From an uncultured Gammaproteobacteria bacterium (GTDB lineage: Bacteria > Patescibacteriota > Microgenomatia > 2-02-FULL-39-11), in NCBI GenBank assembly GCA_964446235.1, contig CAYUNW010000001.1, forward strand, positions 37,837-101,836: a DNA stretch of 64,000 nucleotides, written 5' to 3'. Position numbers and translations under genes: made by a program. The notes below the pieces were generated by a model. That model did not search any database. It was given only the letters and a program-made list of their open reading frames with translations, and was not told where the DNA came from. Below are positions 19,434-29,599 of the stretch, piece after piece. Position 1 is the stretch's first letter; each line of letters opens with the position of its first letter.

Positions 19434-20827
19434 CCCACAGATCCTTCCATTTGAAGCTGAATAAGCCTGTTTAATTCGACTGCATACTCAAGAGGTAATT
19501 CTTTAACAATCGGCTCAATAAAACCGTTGACTATCAAACTTTGAGCATCGTTTTTAGATAATCCTCTACTTTGTAAATAGAATAATTGCTCATCACCTAT
19601 TTTGGAAACAGTAGCCTCATGTTCTATGCTTACCATATCATTTCTTATATCCATATCGGGATACGTATCGGATCTTGATTTGTCATCGATTATAAGAGCA
19701 TCACAAACAACTTTGGTTTTGGAATTTGATGCACTGGGTAAAATTTGCACCTTGCCTCTATATGACGTCCGCCCTCCAAAAGCACTTACTGATTTGGAAA
19801 TAATCTGCGAAGAAGTAAAAGGAGCGATATGTATAGCTTTTCCACCAGCGTCCTGATGCTGACTCTTACCTCCATATGCAATAGATAATATTTCTCCTCT
19901 AGCGCCTTTGCCTATCAGATAAACGCTGGGATATTTCATGGTTAATTTACTACCCAAGTTTCCGTCTACCCATTCTCCGACTGCATTTTCCTGTACTTTC
20001 ATTCTTTTTGTAACCAGATTATAAACATTGTTGGACCAATTCTGTATCGTAGTGTAGCGTACCCTAGCGCCCTTATGAACAATAATCTCAACAACCGCAG
20101 CGTGGAGAGAATCGGTAGAATAAATAGGTGCGGTACATCCTTCTACATAATGGACAAAACTGTCTTCATCGGCAATAATCAAAGTTCTCTCAAACTGCCC
20201 CATGTTTGCCGCATTTATCCTAAAATATGCCTGCAAAGGCAAATCAACATGAACTCCTTTGGGTACGTATATAAATGATCCTCCGGACCAGACAGCACTA
20301 TTTAAGGCTGCAAATTTATTATCTTGGGGTGGAACGATTGTGGAAAAATAATTTTTTACCAAATCAGGATGTTTTTTAAGTCCCGTATCCATGTCTAAAA
20401 AAATCACTCCTTTTTTCTCTAAGGTTTTCTTGATACTTTTATACACAACTTCACTTTCATACTGGGCTGATATCCCACCCAGATATTTTTTCTCCGCTTG
20501 GGGTATGCCGATTTTGTCATAAGTATCTTTGATTTCCTCCGGTAAATCATCCCATTTTGTTGCCTTTTTTTTTGTAGGGTTGATGTAATAGTATATATCG
20601 TCAAAATTTATTGATGATAAATCTCCTCCCCATTGAGGCATTTTTTTAGCATAAAATATTTCCAGGGAATTCAAACGAAATTCCCTCATCCAATCAGGTT
20701 CGTTTTTTAAATATGAAATTTTGTTCACTATACTTGTTGATAAGACTTTTTCCGATTTGTATACATAATTTTCCGGTTTTTTGAACCCGAAATTATAACG
20801 GGATGATTTCTTAAATATCTTGGTCAT
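19430..20827 (-). CDS. sufB: Fe-S cluster assembly protein SufB
   Basis: 465 aa. Conserved SufB C-terminal region ([22 protein letters not shown]). Confidence 0.85.
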   Translation of the reverse strand: MTKIFKKSSRYNFGFKKPENYVYKSEKVLSTSIVNKISYLKNEPDWMREFRLNSLEIFYAKKMPQWGGDLSSINFDDIYYYINPTKKKATKWDDLPEEIKDTYDKIGIPQAEKKYLGGISAQYESEVVYKSIKKTLEKKGVIFLDMDTGLKKHPDLVKNYFSTIVPPQDNKFAALNSAVWSGGSFIYVPKGVHVDLPLQAYFRINAANMGQFERTLIIADEDSFVHYVEGCTAPIYSTDSLHAAVVEIIVHKGARVRYTTIQNWSNNVYNLVTKRMKVQENAVGEWVDGNLGSKLTMKYPSVYLIGKGARGEILSIAYGGKSQHQDAGGKAIHIAPFTSSQIISKSVSAFGGRTSYRGKVQILPSASNSKTKVVCDALIIDDKSRSDTYPDMDIRNDMVSIEHEATVSKIGDEQLFYLQSRGLSKNDAQSLIVNGFIEPIVKELPLEYAVELNRLIQLQMEGSVG

Positions 20828-20837
20828 TGAAGTTACT

Positions 20838-21602
20838 TTAATTAATCCACTTGGAGTATCCGTTTTTTTCTATCATGTCCACCAAAGATGCTGATCCCTT
20901 CTGGACAATCTTACCGTCGATCATGACTAATACCATATCAGGTTTAACATACTTAAGTATTCTTTGATAATGAGTTATCAAAAGTATACCGATATTATCG
21001 CTTTTCAATTTATTTATGGATTTAGCTATTAATTTTAAGGCGTCTACATCAAGTCCCGTATCAATTTCGTCAAAAATTGCGTATTTTTTGGCCAATAACA
21101 GAGCCTGCAGCATTTCCAGCTTTTTCTTCTCCCCTCCTGAAAAATCTTCATTCAAACCTCTTTTGAGAAGCTCTTTTGAAATATTCAAATAATTTGCGTT
21201 TTTAAGCAACAACGCAAAAATATTATCAGTTTTTAATGCCGGATTGTGGTATGACTTTAAATTACTTTTAACTTTTTGAGTATTCTGCAAAGAACGTATC
21301 ATGCTGACAATATTTACTCCGGTTATACTTACTGGATTTTGAAAAGCCAGAAATAATCCTGACTTTGCCCTATCCTCGGTTGTATGAATAGTAATGTCTT
21401 TTCCGTCCAAAATAATTTTTGAATATTTTTCATCTAACGCATATATCGAATTACCCATCAATACATTGGAAAGAGTCGATTTACCACTACCGTTAGGACC
21501 CATTAGGACTGCTAGTTTTCCTTTTGGTAATTCAAAACTTAAATTTTTAAGTATTTTTTTACCGTTTATACTGGCGGATAGATTTCTAACGGTTAAACTC
21601 AT
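20838..21602 (-). CDS. sufC: Fe-S cluster assembly ATPase SufC. Start taken at the internal Met MSLTVRNL to avoid overlap with the Rrf2 gene.
   Basis: Walker [13 protein letters not shown] signature FSGGEKKK, and LLITH. Confidence 0.85.
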   Translation of the reverse strand: MSLTVRNLSASINGKKILKNLSFELPKGKLAVLMGPNGSGKSTLSNVLMGNSIYALDEKYSKIILDGKDITIHTTEDRAKSGLFLAFQNPVSITGVNIVSMIRSLQNTQKVKSNLKSYHNPALKTDNIFALLLKNANYLNISKELLKRGLNEDFSGGEKKKLEMLQALLLAKKYAIFDEIDTGLDVDALKLIAKSINKLKSDNIGILLITHYQRILKYVKPDMVLVMIDGKIVQKGSASLVDMIEKNGYSKWIN

Positions 21603-22006
21603 AATGCGACAAATTCTTTGAGTGTTATATTCTGAAGATAATTGGATATTTTGGTGTTTATTCCTGTCCAAAGAGAAAAACAAGAGCATTTGTGCTTATC
21701 TATACTGCATCTGTTTCTAACACAACCAGGACTTAAAATATCGCTTGATATTGATTCTAGTATCTGGGAAAGCTGTATTTTATTTGAATTTCTGGAAAGC
21801 TTGTAACCGCCGCTTATACCTTCTTTGCTTTCTATTAAACCCGCCTTTTTCAAACTTATGGCGATTTGTTTAAGAAATAGACCGGACAAACCTTTTTCTT
21901 TAGCAATAACAGATAAAGATTTATATTCAAATTTTTTCTTATTTTCAATTTTTGACAATTCGCTCATCAAAATCAGAGCGTAATCTTCTTTTTTGGATAT
22001 CTTCAT
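21599..22006 (-). CDS. Rrf2-family transcriptional regulator (IscR/SufR-like), first gene of the suf operon
   Basis: N-terminal wHTH (DYALILMSELS, GISGGYKL) and C-terminal Cys cluster (C..C...C). Confidence 0.8.
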   Translation of the reverse strand: MKISKKEDYALILMSELSKIENKKKFEYKSLSVIAKEKGLSGLFLKQIAISLKKAGLIESKEGISGGYKLSRNSNKIQLSQILESISSDILSPGCVRNRCSIDKHKCSCFSLWTGINTKISNYLQNITLKEFVAL

Positions 22007-22018
22007 AAATAACTGATA

Positions 22019-22047
22019 GTTACATAGTAACAGTTATAGTTTAATGA
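22019..22047. promoter_or_regulatory. nested inverted repeats ATAACTG...CAGTTAT and GTTAC-ATA-GTAAC immediately upstream of the Rrf2 gene; candidate Rrf2 operator
   Basis: Read directly from the sequence: aATAACTGATAGTTACATAGTAACAGTTAT located 13-40 nt upstream of the rrf2 start. Confidence 0.4.
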
Positions 22048-22151
22048 TATTTATGCTTATTGTCAATATAAAAATCATCCATCCGGTGATTTCTCAGGTA
22101 TTTTACTGCTTTTACAAGTAAATAATTTTGATATAATGTATAGATTATTTT

Positions 22152-22862
22152 ATGGAAATAATAAATTCCACCATTGACCTGTTTTTGCATTTGGATAAAC
22201 ACCTTATAAAAGTGGTACAAACATACGGATTATTGAGTTATGTTTTGCTATTTATCGTCATTTTTCTGGAAACGGGTTTTGTGGTGACACCATTTCTACC
22301 AGGTGATTCGCTTTTGTTTGTCGCTGGAACTTTGGCAAGTCAAAAAGCAATAAATATCTGGACATTATATATACTTTTATCCATAGCGGCAATTTTGGGG
22401 GATACGGTCAATTACTGGATTGGTCATTTTATCGGACCAAAAGTTTTCAAAAATAAAAATTCTAAAATATTCAAACCCGAATATCTTGAGAAAACCAGCC
22501 AGTTTTATGCAAAATACGGGGGTAAAACTATCATTATTGCCAGATTTGTACCGATAGTCAGAACGTTTGCTCCATTTGTAGCCGGAGTTGGGAAAATGCA
22601 TTATGGTCAGTTCATATCATATAACTTTTTCGGAGGACTTTTATGGGTGACTTTATTTACCTTCGGTGGATACTTCTTCGGAAACTTACCGATAATTAAA
22701 AATAATTTCCATACGGCAATTTTTGTAATAATTTTTCTCTCAATCCTACCGGCAATTATCGAATATATCAAACACAAAAAAGAATCGAAAAAAATACATC
22801 ATCAGCAAATCGATTACAAGTCACTTGAAGAAACATTCCACAAACAACACCTGTCTGATTAA
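22152..22862 (+). CDS. DedA/SNARE-associated family membrane protein
   Basis: VTPFLPGDSLLFVAG and the ARFVPIVRTFAPFVAG motif of DedA. Confidence 0.8.
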   Translation: MEIINSTIDLFLHLDKHLIKVVQTYGLLSYVLLFIVIFLETGFVVTPFLPGDSLLFVAGTLASQKAINIWTLYILLSIAAILGDTVNYWIGHFIGPKVFKNKNSKIFKPEYLEKTSQFYAKYGGKTIIIARFVPIVRTFAPFVAGVGKMHYGQFISYNFFGGLLWVTLFTFGGYFFGNLPIIKNNFHTAIFVIIFLSILPAIIEYIKHKKESKKIHHQQIDYKSLEETFHKQHLSD

Positions 22863-22967
22863 ATTTACTAAATATATTTACCGTTTTCTAGATAAGTATA
22901 AGAATATCTCTGTTAAAAAATAAAATCTTATTTAAACAAATATTACATTCGTAATATTATAATATTT

Positions 22968-23537
22968 TCAAAAAGGTAACGATAATGAAATACTATTACT
23001 AATTTTATGTTCAGAAAAATCAACTATGATATCTTTCAAACCTTTCGCAGTTAAAAATTTGAGTAACTTGTTTTTCTTCCCATATTCATACAATTCTTTG
23101 GTTATTTTCACATCATCCAAAACATAACTTTTTAACTTATCCCATTCTTTTTTCCTGTAATATTCTATGGCTTTGAAACCATGACCGGATTTTCGGATAT
23201 CCAAGGTAGCTTTAGCTAAATCGTCCAATGCTACTCTATGTCCCAAATATTTCTCAACCTCTTCTAAAATATCTAGCCTGGAAAATTGGAATATATCTCC
23301 GATATAATAAGGCTCCAATACTTTCAAATCGAATTTGTTACTATTAAATCCTATAACCAATGATGCGTGTTCCATTTTTTTGAAAAGCAGATTAAGCTCA
23401 TCCTCCAAATATGTTTCGTATGCTCCATTGCCGTAATCATAACAACCGACAATTGAAACTCCCAATTTTTTTATATCTCCACCTACTTCCTGAAAAATAT
23501 GCTTGGTTTCAACATCAAATATTATTGGATTAGACAT
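22968..23537 (-). CDS. RNase H-like fold protein (YprB-like predicted 3'-5' exonuclease domain)
   Basis: N-terminal IIFDVETKH acidic motif, then FNSNKFDLKVL and a downstream Asp, as in PF13482-like proteins. Confidence 0.5.
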   Translation of the reverse strand: MSNPIIFDVETKHIFQEVGGDIKKLGVSIVGCYDYGNGAYETYLEDELNLLFKKMEHASLVIGFNSNKFDLKVLEPYYIGDIFQFSRLDILEEVEKYLGHRVALDDLAKATLDIRKSGHGFKAIEYYRKKEWDKLKSYVLDDVKITKELYEYGKKNKLLKFLTAKGLKDIIVDFSEHKISNSISLSLPF

Positions 23538-24427
23538 ATTTTTTTTCTGTAAAAATCCATAGTAGCAGTCAGATATACTCCTGTAAATACTAAAATTCCA
23601 CCGATTATAAATTCTGAAGTGAAACTGTCTCCTAGAAAAATCAGGGCTAAAATCCCAACTACCAATGGTTGAAGATAAGTTGTCAGATTCACGGTCAACG
23701 CCGATAAATTTTTTATGGCATATTGAAGAAGAATATAATTTACAAAAGTACCGATAAAACCCATATAAAAACCGGCGATAAGCATTTCGCGCGTAAAAAT
23801 AATTTTTGTACTCTCAAAATAATTTTGGATTAAAAAGGCCGGTAGAGAAAAGCAGAAAGCTACAATAATACTGGTGCCGGCAATAATAAGCGGTTTAAAA
23901 TGACTGGATAATTCCTTCGACAAAAGTATATAGGTAAACCATGACAACATAGCGCTAAATACGGCAATATTGCCTTTCAAACTGCCAAACACATTTTCAT
24001 TTCCCATGTTCGCAGACTTAAAAAGAATGAAAAATACCCCGGTTAAACCTATAAATACACCCATTACAGTACTTAAAGCATATTTTTTCTTCCGTAAAAA
24101 ATAAGCTACAGCAATGGTTAATACAGGAATAAGTGAATAAATTAATTGGCTTGTTGTAGCAGTGGTATATTCTATACCCCACATGAATAACGCCACGTTT
24201 ATTGTCGAAAAAATAGAAGCAAATAGAAGCCTGTCAAATCCCGGTTGTTGCCAAACTTTCTCCCTGATAAAAATCGGAAAAAAAGCAAAAGAGGCAAAAA
24301 ACATTCTTAAAAAAAACATTTGCATTGAAGGAGCGCTGTACGAAAAAAACTTGGCAATGATGACCAATATCGAAAAAAATATTACTGTTAAAAAAAGAGC
24401 TGCTAATGCTTTTGATTTTTCATGCAT
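23522..24427 (-). CDS. DMT-superfamily transporter (EamA domains)
   Basis: About 10 predicted TM helices in two EamA-like halves. Confidence 0.65.
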   Translation of the reverse strand: MHEKSKALAALFLTVIFFSILVIIAKFFSYSAPSMQMFFLRMFFASFAFFPIFIREKVWQQPGFDRLLFASIFSTINVALFMWGIEYTTATTSQLIYSLIPVLTIAVAYFLRKKKYALSTVMGVFIGLTGVFFILFKSANMGNENVFGSLKGNIAVFSAMLSWFTYILLSKELSSHFKPLIIAGTSIIVAFCFSLPAFLIQNYFESTKIIFTREMLIAGFYMGFIGTFVNYILLQYAIKNLSALTVNLTTYLQPLVVGILALIFLGDSFTSEFIIGGILVFTGVYLTATMDFYRKKICLIQ

Positions 24428-24978
24428 AAAAATTTTTTGAAATCAATTTTTTCAAATGCTATAATCATCCATGGAGTATACAGTTTGTCTTTCTTCCGAA
24501 TCGATTTCAAAATATTATCACAATTTTCTTCATGAATTTGACTAATTTCTATTGGATTAATCTCTACCTTACCATCATAGTTACCAAGTAAAACATGACA
24601 ATATTCATTCTCACTGTCATTACCGTATTTTTGATGATAATAAAATGCTCCTAAATCTTGAAATTCCACCTCTACTCCAAGCTCTTCTCTGGCTCTTCGT
24701 GAAGCAGCATGTTCGACAGTTTCTCCAGGTAAAACATGACTTACAACAGAACCATCCCAGTAATTTCCCCATAAACTTTTCTTATAGCTTCTTTTTGTCA
24801 GGATAAACTTTCCGTTTCTTCTTCTTAGAAATGCAACAAATGCCAAATGTGGTAAACCTTCTCCATGATGACATTCTTCTCTTGTTGCAGTTGTAATTTT
24901 TTTGCCATTTTCATCAACTACAATAAGTCTCTGTTTTTTGTTCTCACCCTTTAAATCATGAAGTTTATTAACAACCAT
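24403..24978 (-). CDS. Nudix-fold protein of the isopentenyl-diphosphate isomerase type 1 family
   Basis: HLAFVAFLRRRNGKFILTKRSYKKSLWGNYWDGSVVSHVLPGETVEHAASRRAREELGVEV aligns closely with E. coli Idi ([41 protein letters not shown].ELGV). C-terminal TPWM also matches. Confidence 0.7.
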   Translation of the reverse strand: MVVNKLHDLKGENKKQRLIVVDENGKKITTATREECHHGEGLPHLAFVAFLRRRNGKFILTKRSYKKSLWGNYWDGSVVSHVLPGETVEHAASRRAREELGVEVEFQDLGAFYYHQKYGNDSENEYCHVLLGNYDGKVEINPIEISQIHEENCDNILKSIRKKDKLYTPWMIIAFEKIDFKKFLCMKNQKH

Positions 24979-25765
24979 AACTTTTAGGAATATTTTTTAA
25001 CAGAAATTTATCTATTACATGAATAACACCGTTTTTTTGGTAAGTTGGAGCGATATAATCAGCCTTGCTTTTGAGTTCTTCCTGAGCATTTCCCATGGCG
25101 ACTTTAAATCCACAAGCCATAAAAAGCGGGAGATCATTATTACTATCACCTACAGCAATGACTTCTTTTGAAGAAAAACCCAATAATTTAAATATCTTCT
25201 GGGCAGCAATACGTTTTGTGGCGTTAAGATTGGTGATATGAATAGATTGGCTTTTATCATCTGTTCCCGAAACGCTTATAGTTGTATGAACAGACGGAAA
25301 TTTTTTATAACGATTATAAATTGATTTTGCTTTTTGGGGTGTAATACCCAAAACCAAAATTTTTATAATTTTATCCATTTTTATCTTGTTATAATTTGCT
25401 GCTAGATTCTCAAATCGATTTTCCTTATCAATAACGATCAAATTAATTTCTTTATCTTCGAGTAACTCTTGAATAATTAATTGGGAATCTTTTTGTTTTA
25501 TATATGTTTCCCATATATATTTTTCGCTTTTAGGATCGTAAATTCTGGCACCATTATCTAATATTACAGGTGTCTTTAGATTTAACCCTTTTATAAAATC
25601 TATAGCCCATGGCAAATATCTAGCCGTAGCAACCGTAAAATATAACCCGACTTGATGAAGTTTACTGACCTTTTCTATCAAAATAGCACTAGGTTTAGGT
25701 GCTGGTAATTCGCTTGGCGCAAACAAAGTCCCATCCATATCGGCAATCAGCATTTTATATTTCAT
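24968..25765 (-). CDS. HAD-IIB (Cof-type) phosphatase
   Basis: Motif I IADMDGTLF and motif IV GDSNNDLPLF. Confidence 0.8.
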   Translation of the reverse strand: MKYKMLIADMDGTLFAPSELPAPKPSAILIEKVSKLHQVGLYFTVATARYLPWAIDFIKGLNLKTPVILDNGARIYDPKSEKYIWETYIKQKDSQLIIQELLEDKEINLIVIDKENRFENLAANYNKIKMDKIIKILVLGITPQKAKSIYNRYKKFPSVHTTISVSGTDDKSQSIHITNLNATKRIAAQKIFKLLGFSSKEVIAVGDSNNDLPLFMACGFKVAMGNAQEELKSKADYIAPTYQKNGVIHVIDKFLLKNIPKSYGC

Positions 25766-25796
25766 AATGTCATTTAAGTTTTCATGAATTGAAAAA

Positions 25797-26360
25797 CTAC
25801 TTAGATACTTTGCTATGAAGTAATTTTTCTAAATGGTGAACAGCAGAAACCGGAGTTTTTGCACATTCGTAAAGATTTTTTAAATCATTTAATACGAAAC
25901 CTTCTTCAATGTACATATTAATCAGATCTTCAAACCGTTGGAAAAAGTCAGAAACCAAAATAAGCGGGATATTGAAAGGAATTTCTTTTTTTCTTTTTTG
26001 TGCCAACAACTGGGAAATTTCAAATAACGTCCCGACACCTCCGGGTAATGCTATAAATCCATCGGCAAGGTTAAATAACCTGATTTGTCGTTTTAATAGA
26101 TCGGTATAAAATTCCTTAACGGTCAAAAATTCCGAATTTTTCCTGTCTTTAATATCCAGACATATACCTATCGTTTCACCGCCTGCTTTGTAAGCGCCTT
26201 CTGATACCTTATCCATCAACCCCGGTCCTCCGCCGGTAACGGTTGTAAATCCATTTCTTGCCAATAATTTACCTGTCTGATAAGCCAAGGAAAAATAAAA
26301 ATCCTCTTTATCTTTACGGCAGTAATTACCTGCAAACACTACTATTTTCGGTTTTTTCAT
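25797..26360 (-). CDS. LOG-family protein (TIGR00730 Rossmann-fold, cytokinin riboside 5'-monophosphate phosphoribohydrolase-like)
   Basis: GGGPGLMD and PGGVGTLFE motifs. Confidence 0.8.
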   Translation of the reverse strand: MKKPKIVVFAGNYCRKDKEDFYFSLAYQTGKLLARNGFTTVTGGGPGLMDKVSEGAYKAGGETIGICLDIKDRKNSEFLTVKEFYTDLLKRQIRLFNLADGFIALPGGVGTLFEISQLLAQKRKKEIPFNIPLILVSDFFQRFEDLINMYIEEGFVLNDLKNLYECAKTPVSAVHHLEKLLHSKVSK

Positions 26361-26887
26361 CTTATCATTCTACCTTGTGTAATTTTCCCGATAACTTCTT
26401 CTATTTTTGAAGCATAAAAGTAAGGATTAGGTATTGCTCTAACTATAAGATAGCTTTTAGAATACGAGTTATAAAGTTTTATATCACCGAAGTTAAACCA
26501 TTTACCCAATAAATTTTGTTCAACTGTTACAGTTTCTATATTTCGCAATGAATATGTTTCTTTTTTTCGGTTTGCTATTCCATGATTTTTCGCCAAAAGC
26601 AAAGGTTTAAGCTCAAAGTATTCGTGTTCATGCTGGATAATCAAATAAACTATTATGCTGATCTGGATGATAGTTAAAGTCAGATAGTAAAATATCCCAA
26701 ACCACTGCAAACCTTGTAAAAAATCAAGGGAAAATTGAAAATTATACAGGTAGATTTTTGGAAATCTCAAGATTAAATACAAGCTTGTAAAAATTATCTG
26801 GATAATTAAAATGTTCGAAATCAGATAAAATGCGCTTTGCTGGAACTGTAATATTGATTCACCGTGATTGTCTTTATTTCCGTTCAT
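26357..26887 (-). CDS. membrane protein with bacterial PH (YdbT/bPH_2-like) domain
   Basis: 2 TM helices, then NLLGKWFNFGDIKLYN...YLIVRAIPNP, typical of bPH_2. Confidence 0.5.
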   Translation of the reverse strand: MNGNKDNHGESILQFQQSAFYLISNILIIQIIFTSLYLILRFPKIYLYNFQFSLDFLQGLQWFGIFYYLTLTIIQISIIVYLIIQHEHEYFELKPLLLAKNHGIANRKKETYSLRNIETVTVEQNLLGKWFNFGDIKLYNSYSKSYLIVRAIPNPYFYASKIEEVIGKITQGRMIR

Positions 26888-27204
26888 ATAATTTCAATTT
26901 TGTTTTTCCTTTTTTTATCTAGACTATCAAGCTTCAATAATTTTACCCCAATGTAAACTACTAAGGCGATAATTACAAAATCAATGAATGTGCTGATAAA
27001 ACTTCCCCACATAATTTCAACTGACCCAATCTTGGTACTCATCTTATCCAAGCTTCCCATAGCACCCATAAATATACCCAAAACCGGATTGATAATATCA
27101 TTTACTAGAGAAGCAACCAACTTGGAAATAGATCCTCCAAGAATGAACCCTACTGCCAATCCCACTGCTCCCTGCTCCCTGATAAATTCTATAAATCCTT
27201 TCAT
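26884..27204 (-). CDS. mscL: large-conductance mechanosensitive channel
   Basis: MKGFIEFIREQGAVGLAVGFILGGSISKLVASLVNDIINP is the canonical MscL N-terminus. Confidence 0.85.
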   Translation of the reverse strand: MKGFIEFIREQGAVGLAVGFILGGSISKLVASLVNDIINPVLGIFMGAMGSLDKMSTKIGSVEIMWGSFISTFIDFVIIALVVYIGVKLLKLDSLDKKRKNKIEII

Positions 27205-27926
27205 TAGATTAATCTCCTTTTTTTAAAAACTAAATAAGTATTTAAGTCATCTTTACAACGATATTTTGTAAGTATATCAAATCCATATATTTTAAGCTTT
27301 TTAATCATATAAACAATATCATTTTCATCAAAATAATGGCAATATCTGTATATTTTCCTATCTTTCCATCCTAAAAATAAATCACCCTTTTCTAAATCAT
27401 TAGTATAAATTTTGTATAACGGTAATTCCTGTCTTGCTTTTTGGACGGAAAAATTCCATAAAGAAACAATCAGAAGTCCATTCTTATTTAGTTTTTGACA
27501 AATTTTTGAAAGCCATCTCAATCTATAAATTTTTCCCGGAAGATGATGCATGAACCCAAAAATTACTACTACGTCATAATTTTCTTTTAAAGAAAATCCA
27601 TCCTCTAATATATCTTCATTTGCAATTTTAATACCGGGATTTTCATGTAAGGCATATTTAATAACTTTTGGATTTGAATCGATACCCAAATAGACGATAT
27701 GAAAATCGGTTAAATGACGTGTTAGAAATTTATAAAATCTACCATTACCACAAGCTATATCCAAAATTCTTAATTTTTTTTGTTGAAAAAAATTTTCCCT
27801 GACGATATTTATCATGTTAGACCAACCCTGCCACGGATATAATCTGCTTTGAAAAAAATCCTTTGCCAGCTTGTTGTAAAATTCCTTATTAAGACGGATT
27901 ATTTTATTACGGGTTATTAATTTCAT
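27204..27926 (-). CDS. class I SAM-dependent methyltransferase, Trm9/ALKBH8-MTase-like (candidate tRNA cm5U methyl-esterifying enzyme)
   Basis: Motif I ILDIACGNGRF. The later VVVIFGFMHHLPGKIYRLRWLSKICQKLNKNGLLIVSLWNF resembles Trm9 (ISIGVIHHFSTKERR...PGGQLMIYVWA). Divergent from the elp3-like gene. Confidence 0.55.
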   Translation of the reverse strand: MKLITRNKIIRLNKEFYNKLAKDFFQSRLYPWQGWSNMINIVRENFFQQKKLRILDIACGNGRFYKFLTRHLTDFHIVYLGIDSNPKVIKYALHENPGIKIANEDILEDGFSLKENYDVVVIFGFMHHLPGKIYRLRWLSKICQKLNKNGLLIVSLWNFSVQKARQELPLYKIYTNDLEKGDLFLGWKDRKIYRYCHYFDENDIVYMIKKLKIYGFDILTKYRCKDDLNTYLVFKKRRLI

Positions 27927-27940
27927 TTATTAGATCCAAT

Positions 27941-29599
27941 ATGACGAATTTTAATTCAGAAATTGAAGAAAACCAAATTTTATATATAAATATCATAAAA
28001 AATATATCCGAACTATCAAATCCCAACGACCGTCAAATTACTAAATTACTGCAAAAATGCAACAATCAAAAAAATATAATTTTATCTAAATCAAAGATTT
28101 TTCTAGCTTATAAGTATTTAAAAGAAAAACGAATATTTTGTCTTATCCCCAATACCGAAATTCAATTTAACAAAAATATCATCATGAAACCAACTAGAAG
28201 CATATCTGGTGTTACTGTCATTGCAGTTTTAACCAAACCATTTCCCTGTCCGGGAAAATGCATTTTCTGCCCAACGGAAACTGATATGCCAAAAAGCTAC
28301 ATTTCGAGTGAACCCGGAAGTCAAAGAGCATTAAGAAACAAATTTGATCCTTATCTTCAGACTTACAATAGACTCAAAGCCTTAAGAGACATCGGCCATC
28401 CGACAGATAAACTGGAATTGATTATATTAGGAGGTACATGGAGTTTTTATCCAAAAAAATATCAAGTTTGGTTCATAAATCATTGTCTTCGTGCGTTTAA
28501 CGATTTCGGCAAATCAAAAGAAATCGCTAAAACTCCAAACGAAAAAAAATTATCCTCCCAAAATACCGAAATCGGTATTTTGTTTGAAGAGCTTGGCAAT
28601 AATCAAAAAATGAACGAACATGCAGTAGCCCGATGCGTCGGATTAAGCATTGAAACCCGACCAGACTATATAAATATCGATGAAATTATGTTTTTACGTA
28701 AACTTGGAGTCACTAAAGTTCAGTTAGGTGTTCAAAGTCTGTCAGATAGAATTCTTCAGTTAAATCAAAGAGGTCACAACACAAAAGTAATTAGAAACGC
28801 TATAAATCTATTACGCTTATGTGGGTTTAAAATTCTTATTCATTGGATGCCAAATCTGTTTGGTTCAAATGTCTCTAGGGATAAAGCAGATTATTTGAAA
28901 ATCTTCAAAACGATGGATTACCGTCCTGACGAAATAAAAATATATCCATGTTCGCTTATAAAAAACACCAAATTATTCAAGTATTTCAAAAAAGGCTTGT
29001 GGTTACCGTACAAAAAAGATCAACTTCTTGAAGTGCTTGCATTTTGTCTAGAAAAAACTCCCCGATATTGTCGGATATCCAGGATGGTTAGGGATATACC
29101 AGCAAATGAAATTGCATCAGGCAATAAATTGTCCAATTTCCGACAAATTGCAGAACAATATTTAAACGATAAAAAAATCAAGATTAAAGAAATCAGATTT
29201 AATGAAGTCAAAGGAGAAATTGATAAACTTGCTTTTAAATATTTAAGGTATAAAACGAAATTCACTCAGGAATATTTTCTTTATTTTGAAACTCCAAAAA
29301 ATAAAATTGCCGGTTTTTTAAGACTATCATTACCTATAAAAACTCATATAAGTGAACTAAAAAATTCTTCACTCATCCGTGAACTGCATATATATGGAAA
29401 AAGTTTAGAAATCGGAGATAAAAAGGAGTATGCCTATCAACATTTGGGGTTGGGTAAATTTTTGATTGCAAAAGCATTTGAAATATCAAAAAAAAACAAA
29501 TACGAAAAAATCTCGGTTATATCAGCAATAGGAACAAAAGATTATTACCGTAAACTCGATTTTTCTGATGGGCGGTTATATCAGTATAAATTTATATGA
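27941..29599 (+). CDS. Elp3-family radical-SAM / GNAT protein (tRNA uridine(34) carboxymethylation enzyme homologue)
   Basis: Radical-SAM CPGKCIFCP cluster, the ELP3 family region SEPGSQRALRNKFDPYLQ, and a C-terminal GNAT-like domain. 552 aa. Confidence 0.8.
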   Translation: MTNFNSEIEENQILYINIIKNISELSNPNDRQITKLLQKCNNQKNIILSKSKIFLAYKYLKEKRIFCLIPNTEIQFNKNIIMKPTRSISGVTVIAVLTKPFPCPGKCIFCPTETDMPKSYISSEPGSQRALRNKFDPYLQTYNRLKALRDIGHPTDKLELIILGGTWSFYPKKYQVWFINHCLRAFNDFGKSKEIAKTPNEKKLSSQNTEIGILFEELGNNQKMNEHAVARCVGLSIETRPDYINIDEIMFLRKLGVTKVQLGVQSLSDRILQLNQRGHNTKVIRNAINLLRLCGFKILIHWMPNLFGSNVSRDKADYLKIFKTMDYRPDEIKIYPCSLIKNTKLFKYFKKGLWLPYKKDQLLEVLAFCLEKTPRYCRISRMVRDIPANEIASGNKLSNFRQIAEQYLNDKKIKIKEIRFNEVKGEIDKLAFKYLRYKTKFTQEYFLYFETPKNKIAGFLRLSLPIKTHISELKNSSLIRELHIYGKSLEIGDKKEYAYQHLGLGKFLIAKAFEISKKNKYEKISVISAIGTKDYYRKLDFSDGRLYQYKFI

